IMG/VR virus record: IMGVR_UViG_3300009184_000006
Coordinates: 1-55,553 of that record
Direction: 5' to 3' (one strand)
Source: a virus
Lineage: Duplodnaviria; Caudoviricetes
Length of the DNA: 55,553 bases
The notes under the pieces are model-generated. The model was not told where the DNA came from, searched no databases, and saw nothing but the letters and a program-made list of their open reading frames with translations. The translations under genes were made by a program, and so were the position numbers. Positions 24,560-32,993 of the stretch are shown one piece after another (positions within the stretch are counted from its first letter, which is position 1; every line of letters begins with the position of its first letter).

Positions 24560-25655
24560 GGCGTTGGGCCTTCCAAATGTTAATGATCTGGTTCATCCGT
24601 AGTGCTCGCGCCCCACGATCGATAACGTGCACGTCGTTGTAGGTCGGCCCGGTGCCGATCCAGCGCACAATGGCTTGGTCGCTCTCGATCGCTTGCACTA
24701 TCGAGACCAGCTCTCGCTCTTCGCGCACATAATTGACGAAATTGAGGAACACTTCGCGTGCACCATTGTACTCGATCGATTCTTGGATCTGCTTCCCACT
24801 GAATGTGAAAATCCGGCGTGGCAGCTTGGTCACGGTGGTAAGCTCCGTCTTTTGCCCTATATCCTCGAAGCTGATCTCCACTTGGTCGTCGTAGCACGGC
24901 CCGGAGTACCCCACTTGCATTCCCTCGGTGTCGTATCGGTTCGCCACCCGGATCGGGTAGGTACGGCAAGTGCCAATCACCTGCAGCCGGGTGTTCTGGT
25001 ACTTGTCCACCAGCATATCGTACGAGATCCCGGCATCGGCGAGGATTTGCCACGTGCTCACGTCCCTCGACGTGGTGTAGGGGTAGAACCCGTGGTACAT
25101 CGAGAGTCCGTATCCTTGCGCCCCCTCGATCAGCACGTGCCGAGCTTCGCGCAGCGCGGCCCGGTAGCCCATCGTGGTGGTCACGTACCGCGCAAGCTCC
25201 GAGCAGTTGGCCGCGATGTTTAGATCGTCCGGGTTGCGCCGAATGCGCTGAATCATCGCAGCACCAACGCCCTTTTTGGTGGAACCGATCTTGGTCATCG
25301 GTCCGGCTTCCTCGTCCACGTGCCGCTGGGTGACGATCGCGGCGTGGGGGTGGATTAGTATTTCGATGAACTGCGTGAGCGCCTTGCTCGCCTCGATCTC
25401 TTCCAGCAGTTGATGCGGGTTGATGAGCGACCCGGGTCCAAGCAGCACGCGCTTGAGGTAGGGGGAGACGATGCCGTTGGCCAAATGCGTGTGGATGTAT
25501 TTGCGCCCTTGACTGCTGATGTAGGTGTGCCCCGCGTTGGGTGCCCACGCCGTGATCACCGTGTCGGGTGATTCCTCCTCCGCTAAGTACCCCACGATCA
25601 GCCCCTTGCCGGTGCTACCGTACTGCAGATCCACTACCATCTTGATTGTTTCCAT
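24546..25655 (-). CDS. purZ: N6-succino-2-amino-2'-deoxyadenylate synthase PurZ
   Basis: PurA fold with GSTGKG (PurA has GDEGKG), PNAGHT, EGAQG, TTVTKLPRR, LNFVNY. Confidence 0.93.
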   Translation of the reverse strand: METIKMVVDLQYGSTGKGLIVGYLAEEESPDTVITAWAPNAGHTYISSQGRKYIHTHLANGIVSPYLKRVLLGPGSLINPHQLLEEIEASKALTQFIEILIHPHAAIVTQRHVDEEAGPMTKIGSTKKGVGAAMIQRIRRNPDDLNIAANCSELARYVTTTMGYRAALREARHVLIEGAQGYGLSMYHGFYPYTTSRDVSTWQILADAGISYDMLVDKYQNTRLQVIGTCRTYPIRVANRYDTEGMQVGYSGPCYDDQVEISFEDIGQKTELTTVTKLPRRIFTFSGKQIQESIEYNGAREVFLNFVNYVREERELVSIVQAIESDQAIVRWIGTGPTYNDVHVIDRGARALRMNQIINIWKAQRHAAS

Positions 25656-25657
25656 GT

Positions 25658-27493
25658 TTATCCTTTTGCTGCGTACCAGTCTTTGCCCAAACCCCAATCG
25701 CAGCGAATCGGGACTCGGAGTTTAATCGGACACTCGACGCCGTCGAATGTAGTATAGAGTCGGGCGATCTCCTCGGCTTCGTGCTTCGAATCGTTATCTA
25801 GTGATATCCCTACCTCGTCGTGCACGGTCAGCAGCAGCCGACCACATTGGCGCTCGCGCAGATGGCGGTGCAGCTCGATGAGTTTTAGCTTCATGCAGTC
25901 CGCACTGGTGGCTTGGTAAATAAGCCCCGACGCCTTGTGCACGAACTGACCACCGGGGAAGCGGATGTGCCGCCCCATCACTGAATGCACGAATCCACGC
26001 TCTTTCGCAATGCCGCTGGCCTTCATCGAGGTGTTGCGCATTCCGGGGTTCGCAGCGTGGTACTTCTCGAACAACGCCATCGCCTCGGGTCCAGCCTTGA
26101 GGTAGACGTTGCCATTCGGCCCCTCCTCCTCGGTGTAAGGCAGTCCACATTCCTGCGCCAGCCGTCCGGACCCCATGTTAAACGCAAGTCCGAGGTTAAT
26201 CGCTTTGGAGCTTGGGCCACCCGCATACTGCGCATTTCGCGGAATCCCGGTCATGTCACTCACCAGTTGGTGGAAATCCAAGTCCGGATTCTCCTCGTAG
26301 GCCTTGAGAATCGCGGGAACCTGACCGTAATGATTAGCCACTCGGAATTCAAATTGTGACCAATCCAGACCCAGCCACTCAGCCCCCAAATCGGCTTGGA
26401 AAATCGGACGAACCAATGACTTAATGGCGACGTCTCGACTTGGAATCTGCTGCAGAGCGGGATTAGTAATCGATAGCCGTCCAGTCCCTGTACCAGCCTC
26501 GGCATCATTTTTGGTCTGGTTATAATTGCAATGAATGATTCCATCGTGCTGGTGTCCCAGTATGTGGCCCTTGAGGAAGGTATCGCGGGTCTTGAGTGCC
26601 TTTCGCAGGTCGAGGATCATCGCCGCCGCTGGGTGCTTCATACGACGCAGACAGTCAGCGTCGATCGACGCCTTACCGCCGTCGGTCTTTCCGGCCTTGG
26701 TCCCGTCGATCAGATACCACTCATTGTCCTCGCGTAGCGTGGGCTTGAATAGATCCGCGATCGATCCGGAGGGGTTCGGGTTGACCTCGAAACCGGCGAG
26801 GCTATTAAGACCCCGCTGCATCTCGTCGATGCGCTTCGTGAGGCCATGGACGGCCCTCTCGGCCTGTTCCACATCCACCGCCACACCCTGCTCCTCCATG
26901 TCGATGATCACCGGCATTAGATCGCGTTCCAGCCGCAGCACTTGGTGCAAGTCTTGCCGCTCGATTTCTCCTTGCTGCCAGTTGTACAGCGCCAGCGTGA
27001 CCACCGCGTCTTGGATCGCGTACTTGGACACCACGTGCTCCGGTGCTCGGGAAATGTTAGGCATCTGCATGTTGCGGGTAGGGCGACCGCCGAACAGCTT
27101 CGCCAGCTCCTCGTACATCTCCTCGTCCTTTTTCATGCCGACATACTTGCGAGCCAAGAAATCCAGCGCGTAGGTCGGTTCGTGCTCGTTAATGAGCGCT
27201 GCCCGGATCATCGTGCAGTCGATCTGGTCCGTAGGTACTGCCACCCCGGCTTCGCGCAGGAAGTGCACGTCGAACTTCATGTTGTGCCCCACCCACGTAC
27301 CCACCCGCTTTTCGCGGATCAGGTCGTTGAGCCACCCGATCACCCCGGGAGATGTGCGGATGTCCCAGTACCCGGAGAACTCGGGGAGTGCGATGGAAAT
27401 GCCGAATGCTCGGTCCTCCCACCACTTCAACCCCGTAGTCTCGGTATCTATGACCAACACCGGGGCGTGGTCGATTCGTGGAAATGCGATCAT
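25658..27493 (-). CDS. dpoZ: Family A DNA polymerase with 3'-5' exonuclease, DpoZ-type
   Basis: DTETTG, HNMKFD, TGRLS, DWSQFEFR, KAINLGLAF, VHDE; adjacent to purZ; TGATG start coupling. Confidence 0.88.
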   Translation of the reverse strand: MIAFPRIDHAPVLVIDTETTGLKWWEDRAFGISIALPEFSGYWDIRTSPGVIGWLNDLIREKRVGTWVGHNMKFDVHFLREAGVAVPTDQIDCTMIRAALINEHEPTYALDFLARKYVGMKKDEEMYEELAKLFGGRPTRNMQMPNISRAPEHVVSKYAIQDAVVTLALYNWQQGEIERQDLHQVLRLERDLMPVIIDMEEQGVAVDVEQAERAVHGLTKRIDEMQRGLNSLAGFEVNPNPSGSIADLFKPTLREDNEWYLIDGTKAGKTDGGKASIDADCLRRMKHPAAAMILDLRKALKTRDTFLKGHILGHQHDGIIHCNYNQTKNDAEAGTGTGRLSITNPALQQIPSRDVAIKSLVRPIFQADLGAEWLGLDWSQFEFRVANHYGQVPAILKAYEENPDLDFHQLVSDMTGIPRNAQYAGGPSSKAINLGLAFNMGSGRLAQECGLPYTEEEGPNGNVYLKAGPEAMALFEKYHAANPGMRNTSMKASGIAKERGFVHSVMGRHIRFPGGQFVHKASGLIYQATSADCMKLKLIELHRHLRERQCGRLLLTVHDEVGISLDNDSKHEAEEIARLYTTFDGVECPIKLRVPIRCDWGLGKDWYAAKG

Positions 27494-27759
27494 CAGAACG
27501 GGATGTCGTCGAAGTCGTCGCGGAACCCGGTGGGTGCTGGTCGAACCGTGCCCCCGGCGCTCTGCTCTTTGCGGTTGATCTTGATGGAGAAGTACTTCTT
27601 GCCCTCCATCTTGCCCCCCGCTTTGCCCTCGTTCACCCACGCCGATACCCAATAGTCCACGCCCTCCACGTTGAGTGAGCCAGTGAACTCGGGGTGATTC
27701 TCGGTCTTGCGATTCTCGTTCCGGGCAATCATGCCGGAATTGGTGTTGTCGTATGCCAT
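27493..27759 (-). CDS. Small SSB-like protein with acidic DDIPF tail
   Basis: 88 aa; HPEFTGSLNVEG.DYWVSAW...DDFDDIPF. Confidence 0.7.
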   Translation of the reverse strand: MAYDNTNSGMIARNENRKTENHPEFTGSLNVEGVDYWVSAWVNEGKAGGKMEGKKYFSIKINRKEQSAGGTVRPAPTGFRDDFDDIPF

Positions 27760-27768
27760 CTAGGTTCC

Positions 27769-27827
27769 GTCCTCTATCAGTTGGTTAATGAAGCGGCCAT
27801 TATATCACCGCTGGAATGATCCGTCAA
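27769..27827 (-). promoter_or_regulatory. Sigma70 promoter + leader upstream of the ssb-like/dpoZ/purZ operon
   Basis: TTGACG-17-TATAAT; leader AACCAACTGATAGAGGAC. Confidence 0.8.
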
Positions 27828-27830
27828 TTA

Positions 27831-29243
27831 CTACAGTTTGTACCCGTTGTACCCCTCCACGATGTCCAGCACGTTCTTGCTCCGGGTCATCCCGACGTAG
27901 AACACTCGGACCTCGTCATCCGGCGATTTCTCAGCGGTCTGCTGCACCCGGGTGGTCATGTCCGTGAGAAGAATGACTCGATCCGCTTCGTGCCCTTTTG
28001 CAGCATGTATCGTGCTAAGTCGAATAGTCGGGGCCACGTCCAAGTCGGCGTCGGAGTAGAAGTCAATAACCCGCGCTGGGACATTGAGTGCCACATAAAA
28101 CGGTCGTTTGGCAAAGGCGTGATCGTTACGTTCGAGGTCTGCCCGGGTCTCTGCAGTAGCGATCGCAAATATTGCATTCCGCTCGCTATCTGCGATTCGC
28201 TCACCCCGGCCAAGCTTGCGGAAAGCCCGAACACCGGTGGCGTAACGATTTTGGTACATTCCCGGTCGGCCACTCTCGCGGGTGTACGGTATGCGTTTCT
28301 CAATGAGCGATTGTTCAACTTCGCGAAGGACTGAATGCGTCCGTCCCAGTAATAACGTATCCGTCCCGTGTTCGATTTCCACTGAGTTGATCGAGCCGTG
28401 TACTCGGACCAGTCCCAGATGCGCTCGGGGATTGAATGTCTTATCCACTCGGAAATTGACGCGACGGATGAGGTCTTGAGAGCGCGAGTGGACTGTAGAA
28501 GGAAGTCGATGCGATTGCGAGAGGACCGTATTACGACCCTTATGCCTTTGTGTGAATCGCGCCATACCGTGCACGTCTGCTCCCGCCCACGTGTAAATCG
28601 CTTGGTCATCATCCCCCGCGATAATGACTTGGTGAGAACGTCGGCAGAGCTTCTCGATGACAGCCCACTGCAAAGGTGATAGGTCTTGAGCTTCGTCGAC
28701 GAAGACCACTTCGGCGTCGGCGCGGACCGCCCCCTTAGCGGCTCGTTCCAGCATATCGGTAAAGTCGTAATAACCGTACGTAGATTTCCACTCAGAATAC
28801 GCCCGAACGAATGCATTGAACTCGGCACGGGTGCCGGGTCGGTCCGATACGTCGTAAACGTTGGCTGGATCATTAAACGTGTTTCTAGCGTAGTTGAGTA
28901 TGTCGAGATAGAAATCCCCATCTGCTCTCTCCTCATCGTCTTCGGGCGACTTGCCGATTACCGGCACACCCATCACTATCGAGAATTCGCGCAGCTTCAT
29001 CGGGTCCACCACCTGTGACTGGCGCATTCCCATATGGCGAAATGCCATCGCGTGAATCGTGGATACGTTGTCGGAGCGACGTAGTCCCAGTCTAGATAGC
29101 GCCTCGTTGGCTGCTGCACGGGTGAAAGATACGAAAGCCACGCGCTCGGCTTGCACTCCCGAGTCGCGTGTCTCCTTTACTCGCCTTAGTAACTCCGTCG
29201 TTTTGCCAGTCCCGGGTGGTCCGTAGATGGCCTCGACTTGCAT
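27831..29243 (-). CDS. Superfamily 1 (UvrD/Rep-like) helicase
   Basis: GPPGTGKT, STIH, VDEAQD, GDDDQAIY, STIHAAKG.E, YVGMTR. Confidence 0.9.
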   Translation of the reverse strand: MQVEAIYGPPGTGKTTELLRRVKETRDSGVQAERVAFVSFTRAAANEALSRLGLRRSDNVSTIHAMAFRHMGMRQSQVVDPMKLREFSIVMGVPVIGKSPEDDEERADGDFYLDILNYARNTFNDPANVYDVSDRPGTRAEFNAFVRAYSEWKSTYGYYDFTDMLERAAKGAVRADAEVVFVDEAQDLSPLQWAVIEKLCRRSHQVIIAGDDDQAIYTWAGADVHGMARFTQRHKGRNTVLSQSHRLPSTVHSRSQDLIRRVNFRVDKTFNPRAHLGLVRVHGSINSVEIEHGTDTLLLGRTHSVLREVEQSLIEKRIPYTRESGRPGMYQNRYATGVRAFRKLGRGERIADSERNAIFAIATAETRADLERNDHAFAKRPFYVALNVPARVIDFYSDADLDVAPTIRLSTIHAAKGHEADRVILLTDMTTRVQQTAEKSPDDEVRVFYVGMTRSKNVLDIVEGYNGYKL

Positions 29244-29572
29244 TACCCCCTCCAAGTAACAGCGCGTACCGCCCACATACTCGCGGTCTCCACGTCGGTG
29301 ATCGCAACGGATAGCGCTCGCTGCACATCCGCATCGTGGTATGAATCACGCAGCGTTTTGAGGTAGGTGACCATGTCGTCAGTCTTCGCCTTGATCGTCG
29401 CCACGCGCCGCGCTTCGTCCTCGTTCAGCGTGGGGTAGGCTGTGAAAGGTACTGCTTTGGGCTGCTCAGCGGGTTTTATCGGGACAGCGACCTGGGGTTC
29501 GGACACTACCATTTGCTCAGCCACTGGTGCTCGACCGAATGCCTCGTCTTTGGGGTCTTTTTTCGTTGCCAT
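29243..29572 (-). CDS. Acb2/Tad1-like putative cyclic-nucleotide sponge protein
   Basis: Y..L..DE......IK...RALSVAITDVETASMWAVRAV helical hairpin. Confidence 0.6.
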   Translation of the reverse strand: MATKKDPKDEAFGRAPVAEQMVVSEPQVAVPIKPAEQPKAVPFTAYPTLNEDEARRVATIKAKTDDMVTYLKTLRDSYHDADVQRALSVAITDVETASMWAVRAVTWRG

Positions 29573-29583
29573 GTCTATATCCT

Positions 29584-29609
29584 AAAAGAAGATGGGGGCC
29601 GAAGCCCCC
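29584..29609 (-). terminator. Intrinsic terminator (same core as 2086-2110)
   Basis: GGGGGC-TTCG-GCCCCC followed by ATCTTCTTTT. Confidence 0.75.
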
Positions 29610-29614
29610 GTTAA

Positions 29615-30373
29615 TCAATACTCCGATTCAGCAGCCGCAGCCACCTCGCCGTCGTAATCCGCACTCACCTTGACGCCGCCTTGACGAATAGTCTCGTACA
29701 GCTTCTCGGCTCGCTCGTAGATGTCCTTTTGGACGAACCCCAGCGGAGTCACGTTGTAGTTAAAGTACGATTCGTTCCGAGCGTTGGTCTCGGTGATCGC
29801 CGACAGCTTGTAAGCCCTACTAAAAGAATCGGTGTTGGTCAGTCGCATCAGCGAATTCCAACGCTTCGATACCTTCATCTTGGACTTGGCCATCGACAGC
29901 ACCGCTTCTTGCCACTGGTCAGCGTAGCGCACCAGCACAAAATGCTGCGCAGTGTCCACCGCTTCCAGTCCTTCTTCGCCCAACGCTGCAATCGCATCGT
30001 CCGCTAAGCTCTTGGACGCGAACGCGCCACGGAAGCCATTGGAACCGCCGCCACCAGCCTTGCGATCTTTCCATACCAAGTACTGCTTGGTATAGTAGAC
30101 CGGCACGACAGTGACCGCTTCGCCGTACAGCTCGCGGGTTACGTTGTTGTACAGCATGCCCTCTTCTGCGCCCTCAATGTAGGCCGCATCGGTCTTCTTA
30201 CGCGCCGGGGACAGTGCTTGCACCAATTCGATACGCGGGATAATCATGTCATCCGTGGTCACGTTTTCCGCACCACGGGCAGCACCCTTACCCTGTAACC
30301 AATCGGGCAGCTCGTTCGATACTACCAATTCACTACTATTAGCCGTCGCTAATTCACTCTTTTTACTAGCCAT
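29615..30373 (-). CDS. Putative ssDNA-binding/annealing protein
   Basis: GAENVTTDDMIIPRIELVQALSP...YIEGAE.G; acidic tail; replication context. Confidence 0.6.
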   Translation of the reverse strand: MASKKSELATANSSELVVSNELPDWLQGKGAARGAENVTTDDMIIPRIELVQALSPARKKTDAAYIEGAEEGMLYNNVTRELYGEAVTVVPVYYTKQYLVWKDRKAGGGGSNGFRGAFASKSLADDAIAALGEEGLEAVDTAQHFVLVRYADQWQEAVLSMAKSKMKVSKRWNSLMRLTNTDSFSRAYKLSAITETNARNESYFNYNVTPLGFVQKDIYERAEKLYETIRQGGVKVSADYDGEVAAAAESEY

Positions 30374-30393
30374 TTTGCATTACTCCATGAGTT

Positions 30394-30417
30394 AAAAAAG
30401 ACACGCCGGGGCGTGCC
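30394..30417 (-). terminator. Intrinsic terminator
   Basis: GGCACGCC-CC-GGCGTGTC + T6. Confidence 0.6.
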
Positions 30418-30444
30418 ACGTATCCGGCTTGCGCCGAATTGGGG

Positions 30445-30882
30445 TTACGACTTCGTGATCGAAGCGCGTGTAAATGGCGAGACATTGAGGAGTGTGTCCG
30501 GGATGTCCTCGCCTTTCTTGAACATGCCCTTGACGGTCGCCTTCAAGGTGCTTGGATTGATATTCTCTTGCAGTAGATCGCCACGCCCGTTGTCGCGGAG
30601 CCACTCGAAGAATGCGGCTTTTTGGTCAGCCTTGACGCTGACGTGCATATCGGCGGTGAGTGATACCCGGCCAATGCCGGTCACATTGATTCGGTCGACG
30701 CCGTCCTCCTCCATGACCGTCGGGATCTTGGTGATTCGCAGGAAGTCGAATTCTTTGTTAATCAGCTTGAGCTGATCTTCCATCGCTTCTTTGCGATTTT
30801 GCAGGGTGGACATCGCGTGGACCAGATCCACCAGCGTTAGACCATCATATTGCGAATATTCGTTGGTTTGTTCAGTAGACAC
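30445..30882 (-). CDS. Conserved hypothetical replication-module protein
   Basis: AAGGAG RBS + GTG; FFEWLRDNG.GDL...INPSTL. Confidence 0.7.
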   Translation of the reverse strand: MSTEQTNEYSQYDGLTLVDLVHAMSTLQNRKEAMEDQLKLINKEFDFLRITKIPTVMEEDGVDRINVTGIGRVSLTADMHVSVKADQKAAFFEWLRDNGRGDLLQENINPSTLKATVKGMFKKGEDIPDTLLNVSPFTRASITKS

Positions 30883-31207
30883 CTGTGACTCCTTTAACTC
30901 CGATACGGATTGCTGTATATACTCGATCTCGATTGTTCCATTTGAGGACGTTGAATGTGTCGCCCTTTTCGCGAGCAAGTGCGAACACCAATCCCGCAAT
31001 AATTGGTGATCCACTAGGGGCGATGAAGTCAACTCCGGGATCGTACTCATGAAATCGTTCGCGGATGAGGCCAACGAGCTTTTGGTTGTGGAGCGAATCT
31101 GGGACATTGCTTACCTCCGACGCAGACAGGAATACAGGTTCACCGAATCGCTCGATGTCGCTATAATTCGCGGTCGTCACTTCTTGTGTTACGAACACCT
31201 TTGGCAC
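30872..31207 (-). CDS. Hypothetical protein
   Basis: AGAGGAG RBS + GTG; KVFVTQE...RFGE...LKW. Confidence 0.65.
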   Translation of the reverse strand: MPKVFVTQEVTTANYSDIERFGEPVFLSASEVSNVPDSLHNQKLVGLIRERFHEYDPGVDFIAPSGSPIIAGLVFALAREKGDTFNVLKWNNRDRVYTAIRIGVKGVTGVY

Positions 31208-31244
31208 TGGGACTCCTCTATTCACTTCTCTATCAGATGGACTC

Positions 31245-31274
31245 ATTATAACATCACCCTAATGCACCCATCAA
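31245..31274 (-). promoter_or_regulatory. Sigma70-like promoter
   Basis: TTGATG-18-TATAAT with extended -10 TG. Confidence 0.6.
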
Positions 31275-32993
31275 TAGATTCTCGTTTCTCGATGCAATGC
31301 TCGTGCGCACGAACTCCGACACGTCCTTCTTGCTCCGCAGCGCGTCCACTACGATCGCGTCCACCGTGCCTTCGGCTACGATGTCGATATAGGTCACCGA
31401 TTTCGTCTGCCCGATCCGGTGCGCCCGATCTTCCGATTGCTCGCGATCAGTGAAAGAGAATGAATTGCTGTAGTACACCACCAACTCGGCAGCGGTCATG
31501 TTCAGCCCCACACCCCCGGTGGCCGCATTACCAACGATGAACCGGGCGATACCCTTTTGGAACTTCTCCGACACGTTATCCCACCGCGTGTTCTCGTCGA
31601 TTGCACCATATATCTGCACCACCGAATCCTTGCCGTATTTCTCGACCAGTGCTTCCGTGATCATCTGGATCTCTTCGATGAACCGGCACCAAATGATTGT
31701 ACTGCATACGTTCTCTTCCACCACCGACATTAATTCATCAATCTTGGGGTTCTTGCCCGGTATACGTGTGTGCTCGAACTTCGCGGTGTTGTAGGTATCC
31801 GGGTTGCGCTCGTAGGTGATGATACCTCCGGCGATCTCTTGTAATCGGAGCATTCTTTCGAGGACGGTGTTAACGGTAATGCCTCGATCCCCAGATACTG
31901 CGCGGTCACGCTTAGCAATTTCTTTGTATAGTCGCTTTTGCTCTTCATTCAGTTGTACTTCTCTCGTTTCGTAAATCTTCGGCGGCAGCTCGGTGAGCAC
32001 GTCGCTTTTGCGCACTTGGTACACAAAGGGGGAGATCAGCTCGATCAATTCCTCCATGTTCTGGTATCCCACAATCTGCCGGTCTTCGTACCCGCCCATG
32101 ATCGCATATCGGTTGCGGAATGAATAAAAATCTCCGATCCCGATAATATTAGGGTCAAGGAACTCGAACTGCATGAACACGTCCATGGGTCCATTGGCGA
32201 TCGGCGTGCCGGTCATGATGATCTTGTACCGTGCCGATTTGCCCAAGTCCACACAATTCTTGCTGCGCACCGCGTTGTGCGTTTTAATCATGTGCGCCTC
32301 ATCCACAATCATCGCCACAGCGAGCGCGGAATTGACGAACGTCATGGAGTATTTTATTGCATTGCCAGCAGCAAGCGATTCGGTTCCCACGATCAGGAAT
32401 TTAAGGCCTTGATCGGTGCGTGCGTTCCACTCCTCGAATGCTTTCGCCTTGGAGGTATCGAGCACGTGCACATCGCATTGTACCGGGCAGTGAATTCCGA
32501 TCTCGGCTTCCCAGTTACGCCGGGTGCTGAACTTCGTGACCACCAACACTCGCTCGACTTTGCCGTCGATGAAGTGGGCCGACATCAGGTCCAGTGCCGT
32601 TTTGGTCTTGCCCGTTCCCATGTCCATGTAGAACGCGAACATTTCCTTCCCCCACGCCCGGTCGAGGGCAGTGCGCTGGTACTGGCGCGGGTTGGTCTTG
32701 AATGGATACAGGACCGGGAACGGGGTTACAGATCGCGATACACGTTCGATAGTCTGATTTGCAACTTCGCGAGCGATGCTTGTGAACACACCGTCATCAA
32801 AATTACTAAGGAGAAAGTCGCTGTTAGCCCGTAAAGCAGGAGCTGTCCACACGCGACGCTTAGAATCCCAACGCCGGTTAGGAATCTTGCGCACTCTGTC
32901 GACCATCCACGCAGGTGTGTGAATGACGAAGCGAGAAGTCTTAGGATCGTAGTCAATGCGGACATTAGAACTCGGATTCGAACTTGGGTTCAT
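31254..32993 (-). CDS. SNF2-family (SF2) helicase
   Basis: MDMGTGKT, VDEAH, TGTP, GGVGLN, QSEDRAHRIGQ. Confidence 0.92.
   Translation of the reverse strand: MNPSSNPSSNVRIDYDPKTSRFVIHTPAWMVDRVRKIPNRRWDSKRRVWTAPALRANSDFLLSNFDDGVFTSIAREVANQTIERVSRSVTPFPVLYPFKTNPRQYQRTALDRAWGKEMFAFYMDMGTGKTKTALDLMSAHFIDGKVERVLVVTKFSTRRNWEAEIGIHCPVQCDVHVLDTSKAKAFEEWNARTDQGLKFLIVGTESLAAGNAIKYSMTFVNSALAVAMIVDEAHMIKTHNAVRSKNCVDLGKSARYKIIMTGTPIANGPMDVFMQFEFLDPNIIGIGDFYSFRNRYAIMGGYEDRQIVGYQNMEELIELISPFVYQVRKSDVLTELPPKIYETREVQLNEEQKRLYKEIAKRDRAVSGDRGITVNTVLERMLRLQEIAGGIITYERNPDTYNTAKFEHTRIPGKNPKIDELMSVVEENVCSTIIWCRFIEEIQMITEALVEKYGKDSVVQIYGAIDENTRWDNVSEKFQKGIARFIVGNAATGGVGLNMTAAELVVYYSNSFSFTDREQSEDRAHRIGQTKSVTYIDIVAEGTVDAIVVDALRSKKDVSEFVRTSIASRNENLLMGALG

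Noticed and set aside
24546-25655. Ordinary purA auxiliary metabolic gene
   Set aside because: GSTGKG and NFVN signatures and the mazZ/datZ/polA context indicate PurZ
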